A DNA stretch of 64,000 nt from Felis catus (Eukaryota), in the NCBI RefSeq assembly GCF_018350175.1, contig NC_058373.1:112098001-112162000 (forward strand), written 5' to 3'. Each line of letters starts with the position of its first letter. Position 1 is the stretch's first letter. The notes beneath the pieces were generated by a model, which was not told where the DNA came from, ran no database searches, and saw nothing but the letters and a program-made list of their open reading frames with translations. This document shows positions 37,330-47,957 of this stretch, piece by piece. Made by a program: the position numbers and the translations under genes.

Positions 37330-38240
37330 AATTTTCTTTTTTTTTTCTTTTTCACTTCTTTTCTTTTTCTTGAATACAGAAAGAGAAAAAATCAGTTTAT
37401 TTTCACTTTTTATTAAAAATATTTTTCTTTAATTTTTTATACTTTATTTTATTCTTTTGTATTAATTTTTTCAAATTCTATTTTACTTTCATCATTTTAT
37501 TTTAGTCTACTTCAGTGTATGCACTTTTTCAAATTTTTGAACGATTTCCTTTTTTTCTTTTTCTTTTTTCTCTTTTTCATTTCTTTTCTTTTTCTTTTTT
37601 TTTTTTCAATGTTTATTTATTTTTTGGGACAGAGAGAGACAGAGCATGAATGGGGGAGGGGCAGAGAGAGAGGGAGACACAGAATCGGAAACAGGCTCCA
37701 GGCTCTCAGCCATCAGCCCAGAGCCCGACGCGGGGCTCGAACTCACAGACCGCGAGATCGTGACCTGGTTGAAGTCGGACGCTTAACCGACTGCGCCACC
37801 CAGGTGCCCCTCTTTTCTTTTTCTTGAATACAGAAAGAGAAAAACTTCATTTTTACTTTCAATTTCTATTAAAATTTTTTATTTTTTTCCTATATTTTTT
37901 ACTTTTATGTAATTTTTTTCAAATTCTATTTTACTTTCATCATTTTATTTTAGTCTACTTCAGTATATTCACTTTTTCAAATTTTCAAGTGATTTCTTTT
38001 TCTTTTTTCTTCTTTTTTCTCTTTTTTGTTTCTTTTTCTTGAATACAGAAAGAGAAAAAATTCATTTTTATTTTTAATTTTTATTAAAAATATTTTTCTT
38101 TAATTGTTTTCTACTATATTCTTTACCTTTGTGTAAATTTTTTCAAGTTCTATTTTACTTCCATCACTTCATTTTAGTCTACTTCATTGTATTCATTTTT
38201 TTCAAATTCTCAAATGATTTCCTCCCCCCCCCCCCCTTTT
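37330..38240 (+). repeat. T-rich tandem array in the L1 5'UTR, three units of ~215-225 bp
   Basis: 'cttgaatacagaaagagaaaaa...caaattctattttactttcatcattttattttagtctacttca' recurs near 37370, 37823 and 38038. Confidence 0.85.
37597..37810 (-). mobile_element. Very young CAN-SINE (SINEC_Fc-like) inserted antisense in the L1 5'UTR array
   Basis: CpG-rich reverse SINEC; perfect 15-bp TSD tcttttctttttctt (37582-37596, 37811-37825). Confidence 0.96.
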
Positions 38241-38423
38241 TACTCTAATCTATCAAACCACTTTCAATACCCAGACGAAAACACACCTAGGATCTAGCAT
38301 CATTTATTCAGTTTTGGGTGTGTGTGTGTGTGTGTGTTTAATTTTTTAATTTTAACATTTTATTAATTTTAATTTTTTTAATTTTAATTTTTCTACCTCA
38401 TTAATTCCTTTTCTCCCTTCAAA

Positions 38424-39376
38424 ATGATGAAACGAAGGGATTCACCCCAAAAGAAAAACACAGAGAAATGACAGCCAGGGATTTAATCAACACAGATACA
38501 AGCAAGTGTTTGAACCAGAATTTAGAATAACAATAATAAGAATACTAGCTGAAGTCGAAAATAGACAGAATCCCTTTCTGTGGAGGTAAAAGAAGTAAAA
38601 ACTAGTCAGGATGAAATAAAAAATGCTATAACTGAGCTGCAATTATGGATGGATGCCATGGAGGCAAGGATGGATGAGGCAGAACACAGAATCAGCAATA
38701 TAGAGACAAACTTAAGGAGATATTGGAGCAGAAAAAAAGGGGGAGATTAAGGCAAAAGAGCATGATTTAAGAATTAGAGAAATCAGTGACTCGTTAAAAA
38801 GGAATGACATCAGAATCATAGGGGTCCCAGAAGAGGAAGAGAGAGAAATAGGAGTAGAAGGGTTATGTGAGCAAATCATAGAAGAAAATTTTCCTAACCT
38901 GGGGAAAGACACAGACATCAAAATCCAGGAAGCACAGAGGACCCCCATTAGATTCAACAAAAACCAACCATCAATAAGGCACAACATAGTCAAATTCAGA
39001 AAATACTCAGGCAAGGAGAGAATCATGAAAGCAGCAAGGGAAAAAAAGTCCCTAACCTACAAGGGAAGACAGATCAGGTTTGCAGCAGACCTATCCACAG
39101 AAACTTGGCAGGCCAAAAAGGAGTGGCAGGATGTATTCAATGTGCTGAATCAGGTTTGCAGCAGACCTATCCACAGAAACTTGACAGGCCAGAAAGGAGT
39201 GGCAGAATATATTAAATGTGCTGAATCAGAAAAATATGCAGCCAAGAATTCTTTATCCAGCAAGTCTGTCGTTCAAAATAGAAGGAGAGATTAAAAGTTT
39301 CCCAGACAAACAAAAATTAAAGGAGTTTGTGGCCACTAAACCAGCCCTGCAAGAAATTTTAAGGGGGATTCTCTGA
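38424..39376 (+). pseudogene. L1 ORF1p (RNA-binding chaperone), frameshifted
   Basis: ATG at 38424; fragment 'MKAAREKKSLTYKGRQIRFAADLSTETWQAKKEWQDVFNVL'; broken by indels and a 76-bp duplication. Confidence 0.88.
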
Positions 39377-39478
39377 GGGGAGAAAAGATGAAAATATAAA
39401 TACATACATACCAAAAGCAACAAAGATTAGAAAGGACCAGAGAACACCACCAGAAACTCTAACTCTACAAGCATCATA

Positions 39479-42400
39479 ATGGCAATAAATTCATATCTTT
39501 CAGACTCACTCTAAACGTCAATGGACTCAATGCTCCAATTAAAAGACATAGGGTAACAGAATGGGTAAGAAAACAAGATCAATCTATATGCTGTTTAACA
39601 AGAGACCCACTTTAGACCTAAAGACACCTTCAGATTGAAAGTAAGGGGATGAAGAACCATCTATCATGCTAATGGTCAACAAAAGAAAGCCAGAATAGCC
39701 ATACTTATATCAGACAATCTAGGCTTTAAAATAAAGACTGTATCAAGAGATGCAGAAGGGCATTATATCATAATCAAGGGGCCTAACCACCAAGAAGACC
39801 TAACAATTGTAAACATTTATGCACCAAATGTGAAAGCACCCAAATATATAAATCAAATAATCACGAACATAAAGAAACTCATTGATAGTAATACCATAAT
39901 AATAGGAGACTTCAACACCCCACTCATAGCAATGAACAGATCATATAATCAAAATATTAACAAGGAAACAATGGCTTTGAATGACACACTGGACCAGATG
40001 GACTTAACAGATATATTCATAACATTTCATCCGAAAGCAAAAAATATACATTCTTCTCCAACGCACATGGAATATTCTCCAGAATAGACCATATATTGGG
40101 ATACAAATAAGCCCTCAGCAACTACAAAAAGTCGAGATCATACCATGCATATTTTCAGACCACAATGCTATGAAACTCGAAATCAACCACAAGAAAAAAT
40201 TTGGAAAGGTAACAAATACTTGGAGACTAAAGAACATCCTACTAAAGAATGAATGGGCTAACCAACAAGTTAAAGAGGAAATTAAAGACTTCATGGAAGT
40301 CAATGAAAATAATAACACCACAACCCAAAACCTCTGGGACCCAGCAAAAGCAGTCATAAGAGGAAAGTATATAGCAATCCAGGCCTTCCTAAACAAGGAA
40401 GAAAGATCTCAGATACACAACCTAACCTTACACCTTAAAGAGCTGGAAAAAGAGCAGCAAATACAGCAGAAAACCAGCAGAAGACAAGACATAATAAAGA
40501 TTAGAGCAAAAATTAATGCTATCAAAACCAAAAAAAAGAACAGTAGAACAGATCAATGAAACCAGAAGCTAGTTCTTTGAAAGAATTAACAAATTGATAA
40601 ACCACAAGCCAGTTTGATCAAAAAGAAAAAGGAAAGGACCCAAATAAATAAAATCAATCATGAAAGAGGAGAGATCACAACTGACACAGCAGAAATACAA
40701 ACAATAATAAGAGAATATTATGAGCAATTATATGCCAATAAAATAGATAATCTGGAAGAAATGGACAAATTCCTAGAAACATATACACTACCAAAAATGA
40801 AACAGGAAGAAATAGAAAATTTGAACAGACCCATAAGCAGTAAGGAAATCAAATTAGTAATCAAAATCTCCCAAAAAACAAGAGTCCAGGGCCAGATGGA
40901 TTTCTGGGGGAATTCTGCCAACATTTAAGGAAGAGTTAACACCTATTCTCTTGAAGCTGTTCCAAAAAAATAGAAATGGAAGGAAAACTTCCAAACTCTT
41001 TATATGAAGCCAGCATTACCTTCATTCCAACCAGACAGAGACCAGACTAAAAAGGAGAACTATAGACCAATTTCCCTGATGAACATGGATGCAAAAATCC
41101 TCAACAAGGTATTAGCAAAAACCCTCAACAAGATATCCTCAAAGATATCCTCAAGATACACCCAAAAACAAATAATCCAGTGACAAAATGGTTAACAGAT
41201 CCAGCAATACATTAAAAAAATTATTCACCATGACTAAGTGGGATTTATACCTGGGATGCAGGGCTGATTGAATATCTGCAAGACAATTAACATGATTCAT
41301 CACATTAATAAAAGCAAGGACAAGAACCATATGATCCTCTCAATAGATGCAGAGAAAGCATTTGACAAAATACAGCATCCTTTCTTGATAAAAACCCTCA
41401 AGAAACTAAGGATAGAAGGAGCATACCTCAAGATCATAAAAGCCATATATGAAAGACCCAACGTTAATATCATCCTCAATGGGGAAAAACTGAGAGCTTT
41501 CCCCCTAAGGTCAGGAACAAGACAGGGATGTCCATTCTTGCCACTGTTATTCAACATAGTATTGAAAGTCTTAGCCTCAGCAATCAGACAACACAAAGAA
41601 ATAAAAGGCATCCAAGTCTGCCAGGAGGAGGTCAAACTTTCACTCTTCACAGATGACAGGATACTCTATATGGGAAACCCAAAAGATTCCACCAAAAAAA
41701 CTGCTAGAACTGATTTATGAATTAAGCAAAATTGCATGATACAAAATCAATGCACAGAAATCGGTTGCATTCGTATACACCAACAATGAAGCAACAGAAA
41801 GAGAAATCAAGGAATTGATCCCATTTACAATTGTACCAAAAACCATAAAATACCCAGGAATAAATCTAACCAAAAAGGTGAAAAATCTATATACTGAAAA
41901 CTATAGAAAGCTTATGAAAGAAATTGAAGAAGACACAAAAAAATGGAAAAAGATTCCATGCTTCTGGAAAGGAAGAACAAATATTGTTAAAATGTCGGTA
42001 CTACCCAAAGCAATCTGCATATTCAATGCAATCCCTATCAAAATAACACAAGCATTCTTCACAGAACTAGAACAAACAATCCTAAAATTTGTATGGAACC
42101 AGAAAAGACCCCAAATAGCCAAAGCAATATTTAAAAAGAAAACCAAAGCAGGAGGCATCACAATCCCGGACTTCAAGCTATACTATAAAGCTGTAATCAT
42201 CAAGACAGTATGGTACTGGTACAAGAACAGACACTTGGATTAATTTAACAGAATAGAGAACCCAGAAATGGATGGCCAACTAATCTTTGACAAAGCAGGA
42301 AAGAATACCCAATGGAATAAAGGCTCTCTTCAGCAAGTGGTGCTGGGAAAACTGGACAGCGACATGCAGAAGAATGAACCTGGACCACTTTCTTACAACA

Positions 42401-43365
42401 TACACAAATATAAACTCTAAATGGATGAGACCTAAATGTAAGACAGAAAGCCACCAAAATCCTCAAGGAGAAAGCAGGCAAAAACCTCTTTGACCTTGTC
42501 CACAGCAACTTCTTACTCAACACATCTACAGAGGCAAGGGAAACAAAAGCAAAAATGAACTACTGGGACCTCATCAAAAAAAAAAAACAAAAAACTTATG
42601 CACAGAGAAGGAAACAATCAACAAAACTAAAAGGCAACCGACAGAACAGGAGAAGATATTTGCAAATTATATATCAGATAAAGGGTTAGTATCCAAAATC
42701 TATAAAGAACTTATCAAACTCTACACCCAAAAACAAATAATCCAGTGATGAATGGGCAAAAGACATGACCAGGCACTTTTCCAAAGAAGACATCCAGATG
42801 GCCAACCGACACATGAAAAAATGCTCAACATCACTCATCATCAGGGAAATACAAATCAAAACCACAATGAGATACTACCTCACACCTGTCAGAATGGCTA
42901 ACATTAACAACTCAGGCAACAATAGATGTTGGCAAGGATGTGGAGAGAGAGGATCTCTTTTGCACTTCTGGTGAGAATGCAAACTGGTGCAGCCACTGTG
43001 GAAAACAGTATGGAGGTTCCTCAAAAAATTAAAGATAGAACTACCATATAAGCCAGCAATTGTACTACTAGGTATTTATCCAAGGGATACAGGTATACTG
43101 TTTTGAAAGGGCACCCCAACATTTGTTGGCTTGTTTTTTGGCTTGTTTGGCTGTCAACAATAGCCAATGTATGGAAAGAGCCCTAATGTCCATTGATGGA
43201 TGGATGGATAAAGAAGATGTAATATATGTGTACAATGGAGTAATACTCAGCTATAAAGGAATGAAATCTTGCCATTTGCAACTATATGGATGGAACTAAA
43301 GAGTATTATGCTAAGCAAAATTAGTCAGAGAAAGACAAATATCATGACTTCACTCATATGAGGAC
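39479..43365 (+). pseudogene. L1 ORF2p (APE endonuclease, reverse transcriptase, C-terminal Cys-rich domain) with multiple stops and frameshifts
   Basis: Fragments 'IIIGDFNTPL', '[19 protein letters not shown]...SGTRQGCP...LFTDD', '[16 protein letters not shown]', '[20 protein letters not shown]'. Confidence 0.93.
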
Positions 43366-43577
43366 TTTAAGACACAGAACAGATGAACAAAGGGAAGGGA
43401 AGAAAAATAATATAAAAACAGGGAGGGGGACAAAAGAAAAGAGACTCTTAAATAAGGAGAACAAACAGAGGATTACTGGAGAGGTTGTGGGAGGGGGGAT
43501 GGACTAAATGGGTAAGGGGCATTAAGGAATCTACTCCTGAAATCATTGTTGCACTATATGCTAACTTGGATGTAAAT

Positions 43578-43583
<6 letters not shown>

Positions 43584-43615
<32 letters not shown>
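43584..43615 (+). repeat. (GA)n microsatellite at the L1 tail/TSD junction
   Basis: Directly visible between the short A tail and the right-hand TSD. Confidence 0.9.
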
Positions 43616-43617
<2 letters not shown>

Positions 43618-43826
43618 CGTAAATACAGAGAATAATCTGAGGGTTGATGGGGGACTGGGGGAGAGGAGAAAATGGGTGGTGGGCATTGAGGAGGGCCCTT
43701 GTTGGGATGAGCACTGGGTGTTGTATGTAAGCAATGAACCGTGGGAATCGACCCCAAAAACCAAGAGCACACTTTACACACTGTATGTTAGCCAATTTGA
43801 CAATATATTTTTAAAAAAAGAAAAAG
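43613..43826 (+). mobile_element. Remainder of the twin-primed L1 3'UTR and A tail
   Basis: Resumes 'aaatacagagaataatctgagggttgatggggg...gagcactgggtgttgtatg...gccaatttgacaat'; followed by TSD aaaggtctgaca (left copy aaaggtctcaca at 34947-34958). Confidence 0.9.
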
Positions 43827-43838
43827 AAAGGTCTGACA

Positions 43839-44239
43839 CTTCTCGTACAGATTTTGATCAAAAAGGACAGTCACCAGTGACAGGAGAATCACTTCTGGTA
43901 ATAACAGGCCAGCTAAGTCAGTCCAGCTCTCCCACTGAGAACAACTAGAAAATCTGGGAACATAGTTCCACGTCTGTTTGAGAGCACCAGAGAATGAACA
44001 TGGCAATGAAAATTATGAGGCCAAGACCTGAGAAAAGGTGGAAAGCCAGAGAAATAAGCACAGCTTTAGGGACCATTTTTCCCCTAGAGAGATCTTCCAA
44101 GGCATGTAGAGGTGGCAGAGAGGCAGAGAAACTGAATAAAGCTTTCAACAAACTTCTAAGGCAAGGAGACAAAAAAGAGAATTTGGGGCCTTTCAAGGAA
44201 AGAACACCTGTAATCTCCCCAGGGTTTGGTTTGGGACCC
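43839..44239 (+). mobile_element. Probable 5'UTR of an ancient L1 (L1M-type)
   Basis: 'acttctggtaataac...ctcccactgagaacaactagaaaatctgg' resembles old L1 5' ends; collinear with the ORF2 remnants at 46.5-48.9 kb. Confidence 0.45.
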
Positions 44240-46479
44240 TGCGTTCATCAGGGTTCCAGGGTTCTCCAGAGAAACAGAAAATAGGGTGTGTGTATATGTG
44301 TATATGTACATGTGAGAGATAGCTTGAGAGGGAGAGAGAGAAATTTATTTTAAGGAATTGGCTCATGTGATTGTGGAGGCTGGCAAGTCCGAAATCTGCA
44401 TTGCGAGCTGGCTGGCTAGAGATTCAGGGAACAGTTGATGTTGCAGTTTGAGTCCAAAGGCAATCTGGAGGCAGACTTCCTTCTTCCTCAGAGGACTCCA
44501 ATCTTTTGTTTTGTTTTGTTTTGTTTTTAAGGCCTTCAACTGATTGAGTGAGTACCACCCACATTGTGGAAGATAATCTGCTTTATCCAAAGTCTACTGA
44601 TTTTTTAAAAAATGGCTTTATAAATGTCTACAGTTGATCTCATCTAAAAAAAAAAACAAAAATACCTTTTAATTGAAGAAGATATAAAGAAATGGAAAGA
44701 CATTCCCTGCTCATGGATTGGAAGAATAAATATTGTCAAAATGTCAATACTACCCAAAGCTATCTACACATTCAATGCAATCCCAATCAAAATTGCACCA
44801 GCATTCTTCTCGAAACTAGAACAAGCAATTCTAAAATCCATATGGAACCACAAAAGGCCCCGAATAGCCAAAGTAATTTTGAAGAAGAAGAAGACCAAAG
44901 CAGGAGGCATCACAATCCCAGACTTTAGCCTCTACTACAAAGCTGTCATCATCAAGACAGCATGGTTTTGGCACAAAAACAGACACATAGACCAATGGAA
45001 TAGAATAGAAACCCCAGAACTAGACCCACAAATGTATGGCCAACTCATCTTTGACAAAGCAGGAAAGAACATCCAATGGAAAAAAGACAGCCTCTTTAAC
45101 AAATGGTGCTGGGAGAACTGGGCAGCAACATGCAGAAGGTTGAAACTAGACCACTTTCTCACACCATTCACAAAAATAAACTCAAAATGGATAAAGGACC
45201 TGAAGGTGAGACAGGAAACCATCAAAACCCTGGAGGAGAAAGCAGGAAAAGACCTCTCTGACCTCAGCCGTAGCAATCTCTTACTCGGACACATCCCCAA
45301 AGGCAAGGGAATTAAAAGCAAAAATGAACTACTGGGACCTTATGAAGATAAAAAGCTTCTGCACAGCAAAGAAAACAACCAACAAAACTAAAAGGCAACC
45401 AACGGAATGGGAAAAGATATTTGCAAATGACATATCGGACAAAGGGCTAGTATCCAAAATCTATAAAGAGCTCACCAAACTCCACACCCGAGAAACAAAT
45501 AACCCAGTGAAGAAATGGGCAGAAAACATGAATAGACACTTCTCTAAAGAAGACATCCGCATGGCCAACAGGCACATGAAAAGATGCTCAACGTCGCTCC
45601 TCATCAGGGAAATACAAATCAAAACCACACTCAGATATCACCTCACGCCAGTCAGAGTGGCCAAAATGAACAAATCAGGAGACTATAGATGCTGGCGAGG
45701 ATGTGGAGAAACCGGAACCCTCTTGCACTGTTGGTGGGAATGCAAACTGGTGCAGCCACTCTGGAAAACAGTGTGGAGGTTCCTCAGAAAATTAAAAATA
45801 GACCTACCCTATGACCCAGCAATAGCACTGCTAGGAGTTTACCCAAGGGATACAGGAGTACTGATGCATAGGGGCACTTGTATCCCAATGTTTATAGCAG
45901 CACTCTCAACAATAGCCAAATTATGGAAAGAGCCGAAATGTCCATCAACTGATGAATGGATAAAGAAATTGTGGTTTATATACACAATGGAGTACTACAT
46001 GGCAATGAGAAAGAACGAAATATGGCCCTTTGTAGCAACGTGGATGGAACTGGAGAGTGTGATGCTAAGTGAAATAAGCCATACAGAGAAAGACAGATAC
46101 CATATGTTTTCACTCTTATGTGGATCCTGAGAAACTTAACAGAAACCCATGGGGGAGGGGAAGGAAAAAAAAAAAAAAGAGGTTAGAGTGGAAGAGAGCC
46201 AAAGCATAAGAGACTCTTAAAAACTGAGAACAAACTGAGGGTTGATGGGGGGTGGGAGGGAGGGGAGGGTGGGGAATGGGTATTGAGGAGGGCACCTTTT
46301 GGGATGAGCACTGGGTGTTGTATGGAAACCAATTTGACAATAAATTTCATATATTGAAAAATAAATAAATAAATAAAAACCAATCTCTTAAAAAAAAATG
46401 CCTTTACGTTGACTTCTAGACTGGTGTTCGACCACATACTATGGCCTAGCCAAGTTGACACATAAAGTTAACCATCATA
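44240..46479 (-). mobile_element. MLT2B-like ERVL solo LTR split by a young L1 (pieces 44240-44670 and ~46385-46479)
   Basis: 'cagggttctccagagaaacagaa...aaggaattggctcatgtgattgtggaggctggcaagtcc' and 'atggcctagccaagttgacacataaagttaaccatca'. Confidence 0.88.
44671..46379 (+). mobile_element. Young 5'-truncated felid-type L1 (~1.7 kb: ORF2 C-terminus, 3'UTR, (TAAA)n tail)
   Basis: ORFs 44741-45391 and 45324-46130 give nearly continuous ORF2 ending 'HMFSLLCGS*' with one frameshift near 45287; many CpGs retained. Confidence 0.95.
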
Positions 46480-46877
46480 GATTACATACCGCTGCTGATC
46501 CAAAAACCACACATTGATTAACAGTAGTCTTCAGATTTTCACATTATTTGGTATAAGGACAAAGTACTAATTTATATTAGAATTTGGAAAACCAAGATGT
46601 ATAATATAATATCTAAGATAACCAATATAAAAAAGAATAAAACAATGTTTAACTTGAGATAACAGAAAGTAATCCAAAAAAAAAAAAAAAAGGAGAGATA
46701 AACAAATAAAAATTAAATGGTAAAATGATAGATATAGGCCCAGGTATATCAGAAATTATCTCCTATGTAAATGAACTAATATTTCAATTAACAATTAAAG
46801 GATGTATTTGAAAAAAAACTATACACTGCTTAAAGAAATACATTTGAATATAATACAGAATGGCTAAAAGCAAGATG

Positions 46878-46881
<4 letters not shown>

Positions 46882-46932
<51 letters not shown>

Positions 46933-46938
46933 CACACA
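46882..46938. repeat. (TA)n microsatellite
   Basis: Directly visible. Confidence 0.95.
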
Positions 46939-47209
46939 CCATGAAACCACTAGCCAAAAAAAAATCTATGGTAGCTATACTGCTATCAATTAAATAATAC
47001 TTCAGGACAAGAAACAGTATCAGATTTAAAGAAGACCATTGCATAATAAAAATGTCAATATACCAGGAAGATACAACAATCCCACATTTGCTTATACCTT
47101 ACAACATAGCTTCAAAACATATAAAGCAAAAAATATACCAAGAGAAATGTTCAAATCCACTATTCTAGTGGAAGATTTTAACTGATTTCTCGTACCTAGA
47201 AATCAGTAA

Positions 47210-47430
47210 GGGGTGCCTGGTTGTCTCAGTCGATTAAGGTTAAGGATCCACCTCTTGGTTTTAGCTCAGGTCATGATCTCATGGTCATGAGATCCAGCCG
47301 CTCATGGGGCTCCGTGTTGAGTATAGAACCTGCTTGGGATTCTCTCTTTCTCTTTCTCTCTCTGTCCCTCTCCTGCTTGTGTGCAAATGTGCTCTCTCTC
47401 TCTCTCAAAATAAATAAATAGACATTTAAA
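47210..47430 (+). mobile_element. CAN-SINE (older subfamily)
   Basis: SINEC head and tail; TSD aaatcagtaa(gg) at 47200 and 47431. Confidence 0.92.
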
Positions 47431-47848
47431 AAATCAGTAAGGATACAGATGATCTAAACAACACAAATATAATAAACGTTTCCTGGTGGACATATATATA
47501 GAACAATACACCTAGTGACTACAGAATATATATTCTTTCCAAGAACACACAGCACATTTACCAAAACTGCCATATTCAGAGCCCTGTGGCAAATCTGAAC
47601 ATATTTCAAAAAATCAAAATCACATCGGAGTATGTTCTTCACTTTTAATGGGATTAAGCTGAATAATTGGAAAATCCATATCAAGAAAACTAAGAAGTAA
47701 ACTGCTAAATACCTATGGTCCAAAGAACAAAATCACAAAGGAAATTATATAACCAATATTAACCCAATAATTTAAAAAATACATATTTAAACCATCATTA
47801 TATGAAATCTATAGCCTTAAAAGAATATAGCAGAAAAGAAAGAGGCTA

Positions 47849-47957
47849 GGGGACCTGGCTGGCTCAGTTGGTAGAGCACGCAACTCTTGATCTCAGGGTT
47901 GTGAGTTCAAGCCCCATGTTGGATGCAGAGATTACTTAAAATTAAGATCTTTAAAAA
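47849..47957 (+). mobile_element. Short tRNA-like CAN-SINE lacking the (CT)n region (SINEC_old-like)
   Basis: 'tggctcagttggtagagcacgcaactcttgatctcagggttgtgagttcaagcccca' plus A tail; TSD core agcagaaaagaa. Confidence 0.85.

Larger units (their letters stand above)
36019..43583 (+). mobile_element. Full-length but disabled carnivore L1 (5'UTR, ORF1, ORF2, 3'UTR)
   Basis: 5' YY1-like caagatggc (36028), GC-rich 5'UTR, T-rich tandem array, ORF1 and ORF2 remnants, 3'UTR ending 'ttggatgtaaatttaaaa'; flanked by TSD a(a/g)actc(t/g)taaatacaga. Confidence 0.95.

Noticed and set aside
37330..38240. Regularly spaced repeats suggesting a CRISPR-like or satellite array
   Set aside because: The units are long degenerate T-rich tandem repeats within an L1 5'UTR, with no unique spacers or cas genes, in mammalian DNA.
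36019..43583. Possible active L1
   Set aside because: ORF1 and ORF2 are broken into many short frames by stops, indels and insertions.
45324..46130. 268-aa ORF, the longest in the window
   Set aside because: It is the C-terminus of L1 ORF2 in a 5'-truncated copy with no promoter, EN or RT core; not a host gene.
47849..47925. tRNA-like sequence with A and B boxes
   Set aside because: It has an A-rich tail and TSD and no clean acceptor stem; it is a short tRNA-derived SINE, not a tRNA gene.
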